This document shows positions 29,307 to 38,286 of a stretch of 64,000 bases of DNA, one piece after another. Each line of letters starts with the position of its first letter. Position 1 is the stretch's first letter. A model generated the notes under the pieces. That model had not been told where the DNA came from. It did not search any database and was given only the letters and a program-made list of their open reading frames with translations. A program made the translations under genes and the position numbers. Source of the DNA: Candidatus Latescibacterota bacterium (GTDB taxonomy: Bacteria; Latescibacterota; UBA2968); NCBI GenBank assembly GCA_965116885.1, contig OZ220741.1, positions 2,624,001 to 2,688,000 on the forward strand. Direction: 5' to 3'.

Positions 29307-29956
29307 TGCTTAGATTTGCCGAAGAACTCTTGCTTCTGACACTCGACGACGAGAATGGGAGATTTGCTCGCGTGCCAGACCGGTTGATGCGGTACGCGCT
29401 GGCCGGTGGTGTGTTGATGGATTTGGCGCTGGAGAATCGGATTGATACGGATCTCAAAAATCTGATCCTCGTCGATTCGACTCCGCTTGAGGATAGCTTG
29501 CTCGATCCGACGCTCGCGGATATTGCCCAGGCGGACGATACCAGGGATGCGCGCTTTTGGGTGGAGCGCACCGCGCTTCGCGCAGATACGATTCGAGAAG
29601 TGGCACTCAACCGACTCGTAGAACAGGGTATTCTCAAGCGCGAGGAGGACCGGTTCATGTGGGTGTTCCAGGCGCGGCGCTATCCCATTGTTGACAATAC
29701 GGCCGAGCGCGAGGTCAAGCTGAGGATTATGGAGGTGTTGTTCAGCGATCAGATCCCCGGTCCGCGCGATGTCGTGATTATTGGCCTTGCACATGCGTGC
29801 GATATTTTCAAGGAGATTCTGTCCGCACGCGAATTGGCGCGTGTTTCAGACCGCATCGACCAGGTGCGAAAGCTGGATTTGATCGGTCAGGCTATGTCGC
29901 AGGCGATTACAGATATCGAGCTATCACTCGCCCTCGCCGTGCAGATGATGCCGTGA
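29306..29956 (+). CDS. GPP34/GOLPH3-Vps74-family protein
   Basis: LRFAEELLLLTLDD..G, LAGGVLMDLAL..RI pattern; TGATG overlap with the ThuA-like gene. Confidence 0.8.
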   Translation: MLRFAEELLLLTLDDENGRFARVPDRLMRYALAGGVLMDLALENRIDTDLKNLILVDSTPLEDSLLDPTLADIAQADDTRDARFWVERTALRADTIREVALNRLVEQGILKREEDRFMWVFQARRYPIVDNTAEREVKLRIMEVLFSDQIPGPRDVVIIGLAHACDIFKEILSARELARVSDRIDQVRKLDLIGQAMSQAITDIELSLALAVQMMP

Positions 29957-29976
29957 GGAGTGGGAAGGACGAAGTG

Positions 29977-30016
29977 AAAAGCCGCTTTGCTGAAGTCCCA
30001 GCAAGGCGGCTTTTTT
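29977..30016. terminator. Bidirectional intrinsic terminator
   Basis: AAAAGCCGCTTTGCTG...CAGCAAGGCGGCTTTTTT. Confidence 0.8.
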
Positions 30017-30042
30017 GAGGTACCGCTGTAGTGAGGCAGAAG

Positions 30043-30330
30043 TTACACGCCTTCGGCGATTATCACGTCGGCGGTGGCGGACCTCATGCGGATCTCTTTG
30101 AGTCTGGCGTATTCCGGGGAATTTAGCCACGTTCTCGCCTGTTCAACGCTGTCGAATTCCACCACTACCATGCGGTCGGGTACCCAATCGCCCTCTATCG
30201 CCTCAGTGGCACCGCCTCGCACCAGGTATTTGCCGCCGTGAGCCTCAACGGTCGCTGCAATCCCTTTTTGAAATTCGGCGAAGACAGCCTGATCCGTTAT
30301 TCCGTTATTCAAAATTACGTATCCAGCCAT
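30043..30330 (-). CDS. DUF1330 domain protein
   Basis: HGGKYLVRGG..EGDW..VVVEFDS..W..SPEY; AGGAGG RBS. Confidence 0.88.
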   Translation of the reverse strand: MAGYVILNNGITDQAVFAEFQKGIAATVEAHGGKYLVRGGATEAIEGDWVPDRMVVVEFDSVEQARTWLNSPEYARLKEIRMRSATADVIIAEGV

Positions 30331-30421
30331 GTTGACTCCTCCTTTCGCATGTTATGTGAGCAAGATGGTAATGCCGATTTTACTATAAGCAACGATCTAA
30401 AGTTTTTGTCAACACTCTTTT

Positions 30422-31474
30422 TTATGGATTGGTGTCGCTCGTATCCTCAATGGTTCCGTCTCTGGTTTGCAACCGCATCCCGGTGTTATTGGCGCGCGTG
30501 CTCCAGACTTGCCCCGAGATAGCAGTGTGCTTCTGTAAGGCCGTTAGCAACTGCGCCTTGACTGCATCATCTGAGATCTCATCGGCGTCGAAGAATCCGA
30601 AGACTGTGGATCCGGTTGACGAAAGGCCACACCCAACAATGCTGCCCACCTCGTCAAACCCGCGCCGAACCGCCTGAAGCGGGGCGAGGTCTGGTCGCTC
30701 CCAATGTCGCCGCTTCCAGCCAGTCTCCTGCAGGGCACTCACTGATGATCCAAACGCCGGCAGGTCGAACTCCAGGATCGCGGGCAGGAGCTGCATCAGG
30801 ATTACATGCGACACCGCTTGAACCTCATTCAGTGGTATCGGTGTGTTAGCGACCATGAACTCAAGTTCTCGCTGGCCCGATAGCCCGCCCAAATCCCGAG
30901 GCGTGAACAGGACCACGCCCCAGTGAACTGGAAATTCGTAGCGAAGCAAGAGAGGCGGTTGACGCACATCGCGGGCAAAGCGGCTGGGCGCAAAGAAGTC
31001 CTTGTCCCGGTCAACGGAGTGGCCGCCGTCCAGCAGCAGGCCGCCCCATCGGAATGCACCAGTGCCGATGCCCGACGTACCCCCTCGCGTCGATATATCT
31101 GCCAGTTTGGACTGTGACAGATTCAGCTCGAAGCAGTGATTCAGCGCCGCCAGCAAGGACAGCCTCCACTGGGTACCCGAACCAAGCCCATGATGAGGAG
31201 GGATCGTCTCGCGGATAACGATCTGCAAGGCTGGATCAACATCCAGCAACTCGCTGCTGGCTATGAGTTCTCTCATCACGAACTCTCGTAGCCTGGCGTC
31301 GCCGCCACGCACGTTGGCGTGCCCGTGAGAGCGGAAGCCGAACGCGATTCCCGGTTGTTCCAGCGCAACGCCGAGACCGCCGTCGATGCGACCCAGTTGA
31401 CCGTTCATGTCAACGAGCGTGAAATGCAAACGCGACGGGGTGCTCATGCGATTGTGCGTGAAGGTTGAGGACAT
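30422..31474 (-). CDS. Beta-ribofuranosylaminobenzene 5'-phosphate synthase-like protein (GHMP kinase fold, MptG family)
   Basis: TPSRLHFTLVDMNG..GRIDGGLG, HHGLGSGTQ, RGGTSGIG..F..GG..DGGH, GLSSTG, ANNTG. Confidence 0.8.
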   Translation of the reverse strand: MSSTFTHNRMSTPSRLHFTLVDMNGQLGRIDGGLGVALEQPGIAFGFRSHGHANVRGGDARLREFVMRELIASSELLDVDPALQIVIRETIPPHHGLGSGTQWRLSLLAALNHCFELNLSQSKLADISTRGGTSGIGTGAFRWGGLLLDGGHSVDRDKDFFAPSRFARDVRQPPLLLRYEFPVHWGVVLFTPRDLGGLSGQRELEFMVANTPIPLNEVQAVSHVILMQLLPAILEFDLPAFGSSVSALQETGWKRRHWERPDLAPLQAVRRGFDEVGSIVGCGLSSTGSTVFGFFDADEISDDAVKAQLLTALQKHTAISGQVWSTRANNTGMRLQTRDGTIEDTSDTNP

Positions 31475-31520
31475 CGGCAGCCTTTTTTGACTGTGGTTTT
31501 TTGTGTGTGTTCTGTCAATA

Positions 31521-33263
31521 CTATCGCGAGCCATCGACCTGCACCGTAATGATGTCTATGCCGTGATATTTCCGGTGGCGCACAGAAGACGCGTAATGCC
31601 GCAACAGGCGGAACGATATCTCGCTTTCCTCTGGAACCTCGACCTGTTCGCTCAGGTACGCCAGCTGGTCTTCGATGTTCTCCTCTTCGAAGACCGCCAG
31701 AAACTCTATCTCTATTGTCCCGTTGTTGGGACGCGCAAAGAGGATCAACTTCGGCGCATTATCAGTCGCGTAGTTACCCCCCAACTGTAACAGACTCGAC
31801 AGTGCCTCCTCACCGGCGGCACGCAGCCGCTCCGTCGAAGCATCATTCCAGCCGCTCCTGGAGGCGAGGTCGCGGAGTAATGCGTCAATCATAGGCAGAG
31901 CGGAGATGTCCAATGCGGTCTCCAGGCGTCTGCGCCGCGGGTTGGTCAGCTCTGTGAATGAGGTCATCAGAATCGCAGCCAGAACGCCGGCCGTCATGCC
32001 GTTGCCGAGTGACGCGCCCCACGTCTGGCCCAGCAGGTCCAGGAGGATGTTCTGATTCTCCAGGCCCACCCCGATCGAGAGTGCCAGGCCCACCGCCAGA
32101 GCCTTTCGATGGTCGAGACCGTCCTGAAAGACTGTCCTCATACCTTCCACGAAGAGCAGCCCCATTATCATCAACAGGAATGCCCCCATGACGTGACTGG
32201 GAATTGTGAGCAGGATAGCCGCCGTCTTGGGTAAGAACGCCAGTCCGACTAAGATGCCCCCAATAATATATCCAACGCTGCGTGCTGCGACGCCAGTGAG
32301 GGTGATGAGCGACACGCAGGAAGGCGAATAGATTATAGTGGGCAGCGTTCCTGCAATTCCGGATAGCAGCGCGCCCAGTCCGTTGGTGTTGAGCGTGCCC
32401 TGGACCAGGCGGAAATCGGTCGCCTGTGGCCTGCGTCGCGAAATTTGTTGTATGACAACGCTATCGCCGCTGGTTTTGATGGCGACTACGAGACTCACAA
32501 TCACGAACACTGGCAGAAGTGCCCAGAACTCCGCACCCGGTCTCAGATCGAGCCCCGCCCATGCTGCGATATCCGGCAGGTCAAACCAGGGCGCTTCGAT
32601 TACTCGCTGAGCATCGTACAGTCCGAAGTATGCGGCGACCGCGCAACCCGCCGTGATTCCGATAAGTGGCGACCACAGCCGCCAAATCCCTGAGGCGCGC
32701 AGTGCCAGTGCTACGGCGACGGTCAATGTCACTGCGGCACTGACTATACCCGCGGCCAGAGGCACCCCTTCGGGTACCTCTTTCAGCCTGTCGAATGCGA
32801 TTGACATGACTGTGACTGCTATCAGCATGATCGCTGTACCTGAGACGACCGGCGTGATAATGCGCCGCAGCAACGGGAGCCATGCGGCCAGTGCGAACTG
32901 CATCAGCGACGACACGACGATGAGACTCGCCAGCATGGACAGTTCGCCCTCCTTTAGTGCCAGGACAGAGATAGCTATGAAGTGGGGTCCGGCACCTGTC
33001 ATGAGCACTTGCCCTGCTCCCAGCCGTCCGACTCGACCAGCCTGTAGCGCAGTAATAGCACCACCAATTATAAGCGAGGAAAAGACGGCCCACGATAGGT
33101 AGTGTTCACTCTGGCCGGCCGCACGGAAGATGATGGTCACAAACAACACCGTGTTGGCCAGGGTGAGCATGACACCCTGAAAGGCGACGCCAATCGACAC
33201 TGAGGGAGGACACTGCTCGTCAGGCTCGTATTGGATGGTTTCACTTTTGTGTGCTATACTCAA
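31521..33263 (-). CDS. NCS2 (xanthine/uracil permease family) transporter with C-terminal soluble extension
   Basis: ITALQ, ITPVVSG, PWF, LTGVAAR, IPSHVMG motifs, many TM helices, about 140-aa hydrophilic tail; TTG start after GGAG chosen. Confidence 0.8.
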   Translation of the reverse strand: MSIAHKSETIQYEPDEQCPPSVSIGVAFQGVMLTLANTVLFVTIIFRAAGQSEHYLSWAVFSSLIIGGAITALQAGRVGRLGAGQVLMTGAGPHFIAISVLALKEGELSMLASLIVVSSLMQFALAAWLPLLRRIITPVVSGTAIMLIAVTVMSIAFDRLKEVPEGVPLAAGIVSAAVTLTVAVALALRASGIWRLWSPLIGITAGCAVAAYFGLYDAQRVIEAPWFDLPDIAAWAGLDLRPGAEFWALLPVFVIVSLVVAIKTSGDSVVIQQISRRRPQATDFRLVQGTLNTNGLGALLSGIAGTLPTIIYSPSCVSLITLTGVAARSVGYIIGGILVGLAFLPKTAAILLTIPSHVMGAFLLMIMGLLFVEGMRTVFQDGLDHRKALAVGLALSIGVGLENQNILLDLLGQTWGASLGNGMTAGVLAAILMTSFTELTNPRRRRLETALDISALPMIDALLRDLASRSGWNDASTERLRAAGEEALSSLLQLGGNYATDNAPKLILFARPNNGTIEIEFLAVFEEENIEDQLAYLSEQVEVPEESEISFRLLRHYASSVRHRKYHGIDIITVQVDGSR

Positions 33264-33277
33264 AGATAGCTCCCAAT

Positions 33278-34558
33278 TCAAACTAATTCTGCGGGGTCGT
33301 TGATGCGCGCGCCTTCAGGGGCAGAAACTGCGCCTGCGAGCAGTGGGTCGTCGGTTGTTTCCATCCAGGTTTGGAGGCGATGGCGCAGGTCGTCTAACGC
33401 GTCCTGATATTTGGGGTCAGAGGCGAGGTTGTTGGTTTCATGGGGGTCAAAAATGAGGTCGTAGAGTTGTTCAGGGGGTTGGTTTTTCTGCCGCCAGCCC
33501 TGGTCGAGAAAGTAGGATTTGCTGGGGCTGCCGTCGCAGTTGATGTCGCCAGGGCGCAATGTGGGATACCAGTGGCGGATGTATTTCCATTTTTTTGTGC
33601 GAATGGCGCGTTGTGGGTCGTAATAGCTGTGGTAGTTGACTTCTGCGAAAATTTCATCGTGGATTTCATCTGTTTCTTCGCGGACGAGTGGCAGTATGGA
33701 TTTGCCTTGTAGCCAGTGTGGATGGTCTATGCCGATCACATCGCACAAGGTGGGGAAGAGGTCAATTTGAGAGACTATGCCGTCGATGACTTTGCCACCT
33801 GAAAAACCCGGTCCGCGCATGATGAGCATGACGCCGATGCCGTGATCGGTGAGGTTGCATTTCATCATGGGGAATGCGATGCCGTGGTCTGTGGTGCTGA
33901 TGACGATGGTGTTGTCGGATAGTCCGGCGCGATCTATGGCGTTGAGGACGCGCCCGACTTCGGTATCGAGGATGCGAACGCAGGTTTTGTATGCGGCGGT
34001 ATCGTACCGGGTTTCGGGGGTGTCGGGTAAGGGCGCGGGGGGTATGCAATAGCGCGGGTCGTCTTCTGGCTCTGGCTCGGGAAAGCTGCGGTGGGTGACG
34101 GTATATCCGACGTCGAGGAAGAAGGGCTTGTCATGGGATCGGTTGATGTATGCAATGGCTGCATCAGAGGTCGTCCGTTGATTTTTCGCTGTGTCGAATA
34201 TTTCGTCATAACCGATTTCCGAGGGATCGGCTGCGGGAGGGCGACCGACGTGCTGAAAACCCGATAGAGCGGTTGTGTAACCCGCTTTTTTGAGCGTTTG
34301 AACGAGGTGATGGCTGTAATCGTTGAGCCGAAAGCCGCGGTGGGCAAGCCCCAGCATGCCACAACTGTGGGGCCATTGTCCGGTCAGGAGTGCGGCTCGG
34401 CTCGGCGAGCAGGTCGGGTTGGCGCAAAATGCCTGGCGAAAGAGAACGCCCTGTTCGGCGAGGCGCTGAAAATTTGGAGTGGGCATGGCATGCCCAAAGG
34501 GCTGAATGTAGCGACCTGTGTCGTGAGAGTGGATGTAGAGGATGTTTGGATGGGGCAT
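33278..34558 (-). CDS. Sulfatase (Cys-type, sulfamidase-like)
   Basis: PNILYIHSHD, CSPSRAALLTG, TTDHG, LYDL..DPHE..NL. Confidence 0.9.
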   Translation of the reverse strand: MPHPNILYIHSHDTGRYIQPFGHAMPTPNFQRLAEQGVLFRQAFCANPTCSPSRAALLTGQWPHSCGMLGLAHRGFRLNDYSHHLVQTLKKAGYTTALSGFQHVGRPPAADPSEIGYDEIFDTAKNQRTTSDAAIAYINRSHDKPFFLDVGYTVTHRSFPEPEPEDDPRYCIPPAPLPDTPETRYDTAAYKTCVRILDTEVGRVLNAIDRAGLSDNTIVISTTDHGIAFPMMKCNLTDHGIGVMLIMRGPGFSGGKVIDGIVSQIDLFPTLCDVIGIDHPHWLQGKSILPLVREETDEIHDEIFAEVNYHSYYDPQRAIRTKKWKYIRHWYPTLRPGDINCDGSPSKSYFLDQGWRQKNQPPEQLYDLIFDPHETNNLASDPKYQDALDDLRHRLQTWMETTDDPLLAGAVSAPEGARINDPAELV

Positions 34559-34576
34559 TGCATTCTCCTGTGATTA

Positions 34577-35992
34577 TTACGTAGGGGATAGATATGCACG
34601 AAGGTGTTTGAGGGCGCGGCCGTTGTCTATTGTTTTTCGCGCCTGTTGAATGGCATCGTGGGGGGCGGCGGTGAAACCGAGCAGATGATCTGTGAGGGCT
34701 GCATTGAGTACGATGCGGTCGTAAACTGGTCCTTTTTCCCCAGAGAGGGCTGCAAGACCGAGTTTGGCAAAGGTCTGTGCATCGACGGCTTTGGGGCGTG
34801 GATTTTGTGTGTAGTGAAAGCCGTAAGTGGCGGGATTGATGTCGCAAGCATAGGTTTGATTGGCGCGAAAGCCCTGTGAAAAATTGATGGCGTTGCGCGT
34901 TTTGTCGGTGGGTTTTCCCAGGCGAAGGGAAAAGTGGCTGGTGCCTTCTTCTCCCTTGATCGCTACTGCAGATATAAACCCGGTCTCGCGTGCGATTTTC
35001 AGAAGGGGGATTTCGTATCCCGAATGGTAATAACCGATGACGATGTGATTGCTGCCAGCACAGGTGAAGAGTTGCTGCGCTTTTTCTGTGGCAGACCACG
35101 GGGGGCGTTTGCCTATGTGGGCGCGAAGGTCGCGGGCAGCGTAGGCCAATGGCGCATATTCGCGTTGGCTGATGTAGGCAAAACCGATCTCGGGATTTTC
35201 GAGTCGTTCGGCTGCTTCTGAAAGCGACAAATTGGTGCGGGCATTGAGGGCGTTGAGGATCAGTTCGTCGGTTACACCCCATTTGGGGGGCATGGCATCT
35301 ACACCGTGAAGCACGGTGGGACGACCAAGAGCCGCGCGCAGTGCCGCGACAAAAATGGTGGGTTTGAAGTAGCGGGTTGAGCCATTGTAGGGTTGACCAA
35401 AGTGGGTGAGGTTATTCACCTGTACTGCGTGGATGCGTTCGGGTGCAAAGGTCGAGTGGAGGTATCCTCGCACTTCGTCATAGGATTCGAGGTTCATGCG
35501 CTGGCCAATCAGCGCGGCACCTTTGAGGCTGCCGCGAACGCTTTCGGTGAGAATGGCTTCGCACATAAGGCGCGTTTGGTCGTAGGTGAGATGTCGTCCA
35601 GCGAGAATGGTTTTTAGCGAGGCAATGACGGTTTGCTCGTCGGGTGATTCTGCGGGACAGTGATCTTTAAAGCCGAAGATATACTGGAGGTCCGGTGGTA
35701 GGTGGATTTGTAGAAGGGGGGTATATTGTTCAAAGGCATTGATTTCAGTCTGGCTCCAGGCTGTTTTGGGCGGGTAATTGCGCCGCAGACGCATCGCTGC
35801 AAAAAAGGCTCCCATCTGGATATCGGAGACTGGATGATGCGCTTTGTTTTGTAGCGTATTGAGGATGGTATCCAGTACGGGCTGCGGCTGTGGATCGCCG
35901 GATTTGTTGCCCAGGGGACGAGATTGCGTGGGGCCTGTACACACGCGCGCCTGGGCTTCGAGGACGAGGGGGTTGGGATCGAATAGTGGCAT
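34577..35992 (-). CDS. Anthranilate phosphoribosyltransferase-like protein (non-canonical)
   Basis: Helical N-terminal region, GQPYNG, LHGVDAMPPKWGVT, LRAHIGKRP..ATEK, KGEEG, VLNAA. Confidence 0.7.
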   Translation of the reverse strand: MPLFDPNPLVLEAQARVCTGPTQSRPLGNKSGDPQPQPVLDTILNTLQNKAHHPVSDIQMGAFFAAMRLRRNYPPKTAWSQTEINAFEQYTPLLQIHLPPDLQYIFGFKDHCPAESPDEQTVIASLKTILAGRHLTYDQTRLMCEAILTESVRGSLKGAALIGQRMNLESYDEVRGYLHSTFAPERIHAVQVNNLTHFGQPYNGSTRYFKPTIFVAALRAALGRPTVLHGVDAMPPKWGVTDELILNALNARTNLSLSEAAERLENPEIGFAYISQREYAPLAYAARDLRAHIGKRPPWSATEKAQQLFTCAGSNHIVIGYYHSGYEIPLLKIARETGFISAVAIKGEEGTSHFSLRLGKPTDKTRNAINFSQGFRANQTYACDINPATYGFHYTQNPRPKAVDAQTFAKLGLAALSGEKGPVYDRIVLNAALTDHLLGFTAAPHDAIQQARKTIDNGRALKHLRAYLSPT

Positions 35993-36179
35993 AGATGGAA
36001 AGTATTGCGGGGATGCGGTGTTGTCAAGAGATTGAAAACGCGAAGGGAAAGTGCAAGGGGAAAGTCACGGAGGGTGTAAAAGTGCTATACATCCCCCCAA
36101 TTTGTTTGTATTATGTTTCTCATTAGTCTCACTTCGTGTTTCGTTGGAGAGTATAAATTAGAAACTGAGGAATTTTCCA

Positions 36180-37730
36180 ATGTTTTTCAGATGTTCTCGT
36201 TTCGCTTTTCTGATGGGACTGTTTCTGTCCCGTGATGCATTTGCACAGGATGCTTTGGCTGGCGAGTCGTCTGGCGCGATACAGATGGTTATTGACGTAT
36301 TGAATGCAGGCTTAGATGCGATAACCAATTTTCTATCTTCGATTATATTTTTTGATTTTGGCCTGGGTCTTCCACTCGTCATTATTGTGCTCGTAGGTGG
36401 TGGCATTTATTATTCTTTTTATTGTCGCTGGATCTCTCTGCGCGGAATGAAACATTCGATTGATGTGATTCGCGGAGGGTATGACAATCCGGATCATCCC
36501 GGTGAAATTTCGCATTTTAAGGCATTGACCAGTGCGTTGTCTGCCACTGTGGGCCAGGGGAATATCGCGGGTGTAGCGATTGCGGTGAGTTCTGGGGGCC
36601 CTGGTGCTGTTTTCTGGATGATTGTCACAGCTTTTTTTGGTATGGCGTCCAAGTTTGTATCCTGTACTCTGTCGGTGATGTACAGAAGAATCTATCCCGA
36701 TGGGCGCGTGTCGGGTGGTCCGATGTACTATCTGGAACAGGGCTTAAAAGAAAAAGGACTTGGGATTTTGGGGCGCGTGATGGCCGTGATTTTTGCCGTG
36801 TTGACAGTTGGCGGTTCTCTGGGCATCGGCAATATGTTTCAGGTGAATCAGACAGTTGAAATGCTCGGCACTGTATCCGAGGGATTTAAGACCTATAACT
36901 GGGTTGTTGGACTTTTAATGGCAGGGGTGGTGGGCGTTGTCATTAGTGGAGGCATTAAGCGCATTGGCACTGTCACAGCGGGCATTGTACCCTTCATGTG
37001 TGGATTGTACGTGCTCACATCCTTTCTCATTATTCTCGCGCGTATTACCGAATTGCCCAATCTGATTGTGAATATCATTTCCCAGGCGTTTATACCCGAA
37101 GCCATGTATGGTGGCTTCATGGGCGCTCTGGTTCAAGGGGTACGCAGGGCGGCTTTTTCCAACGAAGCGGGGTTGGGGTCTGCGGCATTTGCCCATGCGG
37201 CAGCCAAAACCGATGAACCCGTGCGTCAGGGGATAGTGGCGATGATTGGACCATTTATTGACACCGTTATTATATGTTTAATGACGGCATTGGTTTGTAT
37301 GATTACGGGTGCGTATCTGTTGCCCGAATTTCAAGGGCAAAGTGGATATCTCGTGGGAATCCAGATGACATCTGTGGCATTTGATTCGTTCGCGCCCGGG
37401 TCGCGTTATGTCATCGCAATTGTGGCAATGTTCTTTGCCTATACGACGGTGATCGCGTGGGCATATTACGGCGAGCGAGCGTGGGAATATCTTTTTGGAT
37501 TGCGATCTACTCTGACGTATCGAATTGTTTTTGTGTGTTTTGTATTTATCGGGTCTGTCACCGCGCTAAAGAGCGTGGTCGATTTTTCCGACGCGATGAT
37601 TTTTGCAATGGCGTTTCCGAATATTGTCGGCTGTATTATTATGTGTCCGCAGATCAAAAACAGGCTCAACGAATACTGGGGGCGTTACAAGGCGGGTGAG
37701 ATAAAGGCGTATCCGAGGAACACATATTGA
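36180..37730 (+). CDS. Alanine/glycine:cation symporter (AGCS family)
   Basis: ALSATVGQGNIAGVA, GGPGAVFWM, GGPMYY, FSNEAGLGS, FIDT, YYGER. Confidence 0.93.
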   Translation: MFFRCSRFAFLMGLFLSRDAFAQDALAGESSGAIQMVIDVLNAGLDAITNFLSSIIFFDFGLGLPLVIIVLVGGGIYYSFYCRWISLRGMKHSIDVIRGGYDNPDHPGEISHFKALTSALSATVGQGNIAGVAIAVSSGGPGAVFWMIVTAFFGMASKFVSCTLSVMYRRIYPDGRVSGGPMYYLEQGLKEKGLGILGRVMAVIFAVLTVGGSLGIGNMFQVNQTVEMLGTVSEGFKTYNWVVGLLMAGVVGVVISGGIKRIGTVTAGIVPFMCGLYVLTSFLIILARITELPNLIVNIISQAFIPEAMYGGFMGALVQGVRRAAFSNEAGLGSAAFAHAAAKTDEPVRQGIVAMIGPFIDTVIICLMTALVCMITGAYLLPEFQGQSGYLVGIQMTSVAFDSFAPGSRYVIAIVAMFFAYTTVIAWAYYGERAWEYLFGLRSTLTYRIVFVCFVFIGSVTALKSVVDFSDAMIFAMAFPNIVGCIIMCPQIKNRLNEYWGRYKAGEIKAYPRNTY

Positions 37731-37776
37731 TAACACTTATACCGGCTATAGTATAAAAAAAGAGTCAAAAAAAGAT

Positions 37777-37805
37777 TTGACTTTCGCATAGACAAGTAAT
37801 ATTTT
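37777..37805 (+). promoter_or_regulatory. Candidate sigma70 promoter for the signalling operon
   Basis: TTGACT-17 nt-TATTTT about 140 nt upstream of the STAS gene. Confidence 0.5.
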
Positions 37806-37947
37806 AGCTGAGCTTCTCAATTCCCTGCAAGAATATATCTCGCTATGGGGCGCAATAGCTCTTGACCGAATTGAGTGTGTTTGTTTTTTGCACGCGATGT
37901 GCGGCAAGAGCTTCCGTAGATAATTTCACACATCAGGATATAGGTCC

Positions 37948-38286
37948 ATGGAGATTAAAACCCAAAGAGAAAATGGCATTTTAATCGCGAACGTGAATGG
38001 CCGGGTTGATAGTGCCAATGCCCGCGAGTTCGAAAATGTATTAAGTTCTGCAATCAGTGACGACGATTCCTGCGTGGTCGTAGATTTTGGAGGGCTTTCT
38101 TACATTAGTAGCTCGGGCCTGCGGGTCATTTTGCTGGTTGCCAAGTCACTCCGGAATCGCAATGCGGAATTCGCGCTTTGCTCGCTTTCTGGTCCCATCG
38201 GAGAGGTCTTCAAAATCAGCGGATTTGACAAGATCATTTCGATCTACGACTCACAGGCAGAGGCTTGTGCCGCTCTGGGCGGATAA
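37948..38286 (+). CDS. STAS-domain anti-sigma factor antagonist
   Basis: GRVDS, VDF..LSYISSSGLRV (phospho-Ser motif), VFKISGF. Confidence 0.9.
   Translation: MEIKTQRENGILIANVNGRVDSANAREFENVLSSAISDDDSCVVVDFGGLSYISSSGLRVILLVAKSLRNRNAEFALCSLSGPIGEVFKISGFDKIISIYDSQAEACAALGG

Noticed and set aside
36000..36179. Possible glycine riboswitch upstream of the AGCS symporter
   Set aside because: The paired GGAGA...CCGAAG...CTCTCAGG aptamer motifs are not present
37825..37916. Resemblance to c-di-GMP-I riboswitch (GGGGCGCAA)
   Set aside because: Lacks the GCAAAC stem with GNRA tetraloop and receptor; kept only as an unclassified structured leader
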